From assembly GCA_002269645.1 (NCBI GenBank), contig NIVC01003058.1:1-64000 (forward strand): a DNA stretch of 64,000 nt, read 5' to 3'. Of the stretch, positions 60,636-64,000 are shown one piece after another. The DNA is from Macrostomum lignano. Taxonomy: Eukaryota. The position numbers and the translations under genes were made by a program. How positions within the stretch are numbered: position 1 is the first letter of the stretch; every line of letters begins with the position of its first letter. The notes beneath the pieces were generated by a model. It did no database searches. It saw only the letters and a list, made by a program, of their open reading frames with translations, and had not been told where the DNA came from.

Positions 60636-63551
60636 ATGGTTGAGCCAATGGTAGTAGATATTCTAAATGATGTGGAGCAAAACGAAAATGTGCAGCCAGC
60701 TGCTGGCGCGATTGTGCAGAATGCCAATCTAGATTTGGACCTGATAGTGTCCAGCTACACTGGCTATGCCAGGTACCAGCGCCTGATCTACATTGCCGAC
60801 CATTGTCCTCCACTGCGTGTACAAGCCTTGACTATGACGCTTAACTATTTGAAATCGGAAACTCTGGACGTTCAGGTTGGAACGCGTGTTTCATATTCGA
60901 GTTTTGTTATCTTTTTATATTTTATTTTGGCTACTCATGTAGATAGGGGTTATAGTCTAGTGTTTAGAGCGTCGGACTCATGATTTGAAGGTCGGGAGTT
61001 CGATTCCCAATCCCACTCGGAACAATTTGTGTCCTTGAGCAAGACACTTAACTCTGCATTGCTTCAGTTCACCCAGCTGTAAAATGGGTGCCAGCATTAG
61101 CTGGGGCAGATTGAGGCTGAGTGTGTTTGGCGACCCCCCCTTCCAGTTCTTGAACAGACTGAGCTGTCGGTTGCACATCTGGCCCAATCGAGGCATGTTT
61201 AATCATTAATTGTTATTGTAATTATTACAAATGTATTAAGGTTACTATATTGTGTGCTTCTAATCTACTATATTTAATATTTTAATTTTCTTTATTCTGC
61301 CCACCGCACAGGCGTACGTTGAGTGCCACAGAAAGCTGGTCGCTAGTGCACCCGCTGGTCAGGCGCCCGCCCAGGACACCCAGTGGGTCGAAGCCACCAG
61401 AAAACTGGCCCAGCTAAGCCTGGAAAAATTGGACGTCGAATTGCGCTCGTCAAAGCAGAGCGCCATCAAAGAGAGCATTCGACGGGGTCAGGACGAGTTG
61501 GCTTTTCATTTTCTGCGAATGGGCGACTTAAGTAGCGCATTGAAGAATTACAGCCGGACTAGGGAGTATTGCACCAATCACCTGCAGGTTGGAGATAATA
61601 CCTTTGCGATTATATACCTATATGCTTTTGTACCTACCTTACGTACTTACTTTCCTATTTACCTACTTTTCTACGTAAATACCTGCCTACCATCTACTTT
61701 CCTAGCTACCTACTTTTCTATCTACCTACTTTTCTACGTAGCTACCTTCCTACCTGCCTAACTACCTAACTATATACTATCCTATCTACCCACTCTTATT
61801 TACGTAGCTATCTACCTAGCTACATAACTACCTACCTACCTACCTACCTATCTACTCGTACTTTCTACCCACTCTTATTTACCTACTTTCCTACATAGAT
61901 ATCTGTCTATCTATCTACCTACCTACCTGCCTACCTTTCTATCTACCTACCAACTGAAGTATCCACCCACCTTTCCTGTCCATCTATTTACGAGTACGTG
62001 TGTGCCTTCCTACTTACCTGTCTATTTACCTACCTTTCCACTTACCTACCTACTTACCTACCTACCTACCTATACCTACTTACCTACCTACCTACCTATA
62101 CCTACTTACCTACCTACTTATTTACCAAAATTCTGCGTATCTATTTACCCGCCTACCTACCTAATTACGTTGTAAACTTACCTACCTTTTAACCTACATG
62201 TACATTGCTACTTACACTTTCCTACCCAATTATCTACCTAATTAGCTATCTCCCATGTTAATCTCTCAAATTCTTTTATTTTACTATGTTATTATCATAT
62301 ACATTCTGCATTCTCCAACTTCCCTAAACCCCAATGCAGGAATTGGACATGTGCTTAAACGTCATTAGAATCAGCGTTTACAGTTGCAATTGGCAGCACG
62401 CCAAATCGCACATCACCAAAGCCGAAGCTTGCAGCGGAGTTGAAGTTGGCCGGAGCCTCGGCGCCGGCGGCTACCCTGGCGACGCGTCCGCTTTGACCTC
62501 GGCCGCGCCCTCTTCTAAGCCTAAGGAGCGCGAAGGTGAGCGTGCGATTAATTATTGTGTATTGAATATATCTTGAGCTTCATAGCCTACCTTGATAATT
62601 TGATAATCATACTGATCAATCAATCATACTGATCAATAAATCATTCGATAATCATACTGATCAATCAATCAATCAATAATCATACTGATCAATCAATCAA
62701 TCGATAATCATACTGATCAATCAATCAATCAATAATCATACTGATCAATCAATCAATCGATAATCATACTGTTCAATCAATCAATCGATAATCATACTGA
62801 TCAATCAATCAATCAATAATCATACTGATCAATCAATCAATCAATAATCATACTGATCAATCAATCAATCGATAATCATACTGATCAATCAATCAATCAA
62901 TAATCATACGGATCAATCAATCAATCAATAATAATACTGATCAATCAATCAATCGATAATCATACTGATCAATCAATCAATCAATAATCATACTGATAAA
63001 TCAATCAATCGATAATCATACTGATCAATCAATCAATCGATAATCATACTGATTAATCAATCATTCGATACTCATACTGATCAATCAATCATTCGATAAT
63101 CATACTGATCAATCAATCATTCGATACTCATACTGATCAATCAATCATTCGATACTCATACTGATCAATCAATCATTCGATACTCATACTGATCATTGAA
63201 TAATCATATGATAATCAGCAGACGTATTTTAATGATGATGATGATGATGTCTCCCACTCTCCCGCAGGTGTTCAGCGCAAGCTGGCATTCGTACAGGCGG
63301 CATCGGGCCTAGTTGAACTCGCGGACTCCCGCTATCGCACCGCCGCGCGCCAATTCCTAGCCGTACAATTCGACTTTTTCAATTGTCCCGAGCTTCTATC
63401 GCCGGCTAATATCGCCACGTATGCCAGCCTGTGCGCTCTGGCCACCTTTGACAGGCAGGACATGCGCAGGCTGGTCATGTCTAGCGCCAATTTTCGTCAA
63501 TTCCTCGAAGTTGAACCGGCAGTTCGCGATGTTGTAACTAGCTTTCATCAG
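60636..63551 (+). CDS. GPS1: COP9 signalosome subunit 1, exons 60636-60875, 61312-61587, 62340-62535, 63268-63551; continues beyond the window
   Basis: VEPM…DLD…SYTG…[15 protein letters not shown]; WVEATRK…LEKLD…IKESIRRG…GDL..ALK.YSR.R.YCT; MCLNVI.ISVY; ASGL.EL…[18 protein letters not shown]. All GT-AG introns are phase-consistent (0, 0, 1, 0). Confidence 0.95.
60945..61190 (+). mobile_element. tRNA(Met-like)-derived CORE-SINE in GPS1 intron 1
   Basis: Head AGCGTCGGACTCATGATTTGAAGGTCGGGAGTTCGATTCCC; body GTGTCCTTGAGCAAGACACTTAACTC…CAGTTCACCCAGCTGTAAAATGGG closely follows the MIR CORE motif. Confidence 0.78.
61610..62250. repeat. Degenerate (CTAC)n microsatellite in GPS1 intron 2
   Basis: Read directly. 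Confidence 0.9.
62595..63200. repeat. Compound repeat ATAATCATACTG-(ATCA)n in GPS1 intron 3
   Basis: ~24-32-bp units that differ in ATCA copy number. Confidence 0.9.
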
Positions 63552-63609
63552 GTGAAGATGTTTTGAATTGTTAGATAAACTGTCAACCATTTGAAACCTA
63601 ACCTAAACC

Positions 63610-64000
63610 TAGAAGCAAGATGGTTGCCACTAGAAGCAGATTGGTTGCAATCAGAAGCAGATTGGTTGCAATCAGAAGCAGGATGGTTGCCACTAGAAGC
63701 AGATTGGTTGCAATCAGAAGCAAATTGGTTGCAATCAGAAGTAGGATGGTTGCCACTAGAAGCAGATTGGTTGCAATCAGAAGCAGGATGGTTGCCACTA
63801 GAAGCAGATTGGTTGCAATCAGAAGCAGGATGGTTGCCACTAGAAGCAGATTGGTTGCAATCAGAAGCAGGATGGTTGCCACTAGAAGCAGATTGGTTGC
63901 AATCAGAAGCAAATTGGTTGCAATCAGAAGTAGGATGGTTGCCACTAGAAGCAGATTGGTTGCAATCAGAAGCATGATGGTTGCCACTAGAAGCAGATTG
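63610..64000. repeat. 21-bp two-variant minisatellite in GPS1 intron 4
   Basis: GAAGCAGATTGGTTGCAATCA and GAAGCAGGATGGTTGCCACTA alternate; a variant pair recurs 189 bp apart. Confidence 0.92.

Noticed and set aside
60945-61015. Possible tRNA-Met gene (also 22715-22790)
   Set aside because: The acceptor stem does not pair and the head runs straight into a CORE SINE body.
12728-63551. F-box gene and CSN1 in one window as a functional ubiquitin-pathway cluster
   Set aside because: They are 44 kb apart with unrelated genes between; F-box genes are numerous, so co-occurrence is expected by chance.

Overview
Eukaryotic (bilaterian animal) genomic DNA, repeat-rich, with spliceosomal introns. TTAGGG tracts, CORE-type SINEs and compact GC-rich exons fit a free-living flatworm such as Macrostomum, but that assignment is only an inference. 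Host genes, rebuilt by hand from splice sites and reading-frame phase: a 3-exon F-box/LRR gene (12728-16648, +); three paralogous full-size ABCA-type transporters with an identical 3-exon layout (17333-23517 +, 30194-36321 -, 37856-43128 -), each with degenerate catalytic motifs in both nucleotide-binding sites; a D-amino-acid/D-aspartate oxidase (50945-52630 -); and the first four coding exons of COP9 signalosome subunit 1 (from 60636, +). Mobile and repeat DNA: a 9.2-kb head-to-head array of a 1.9-kb Helitron-headed unit; several non-autonomous Helitron copies whose 3' ends carry different minisatellites; a young intact Ty3/Gypsy element with a -1 frameshift signal; an RTE fragment; an I/Ingi-type LINE inside a SAP-domain DIRS/Ngaro-like gag, itself hit by a second antisense copy of the same LINE; MITEs; and tRNA/CORE SINEs. 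Most ORFs in the supplied track are repeat-derived or antisense shadows. No database searches were run; all family calls come from recognising motifs by eye.
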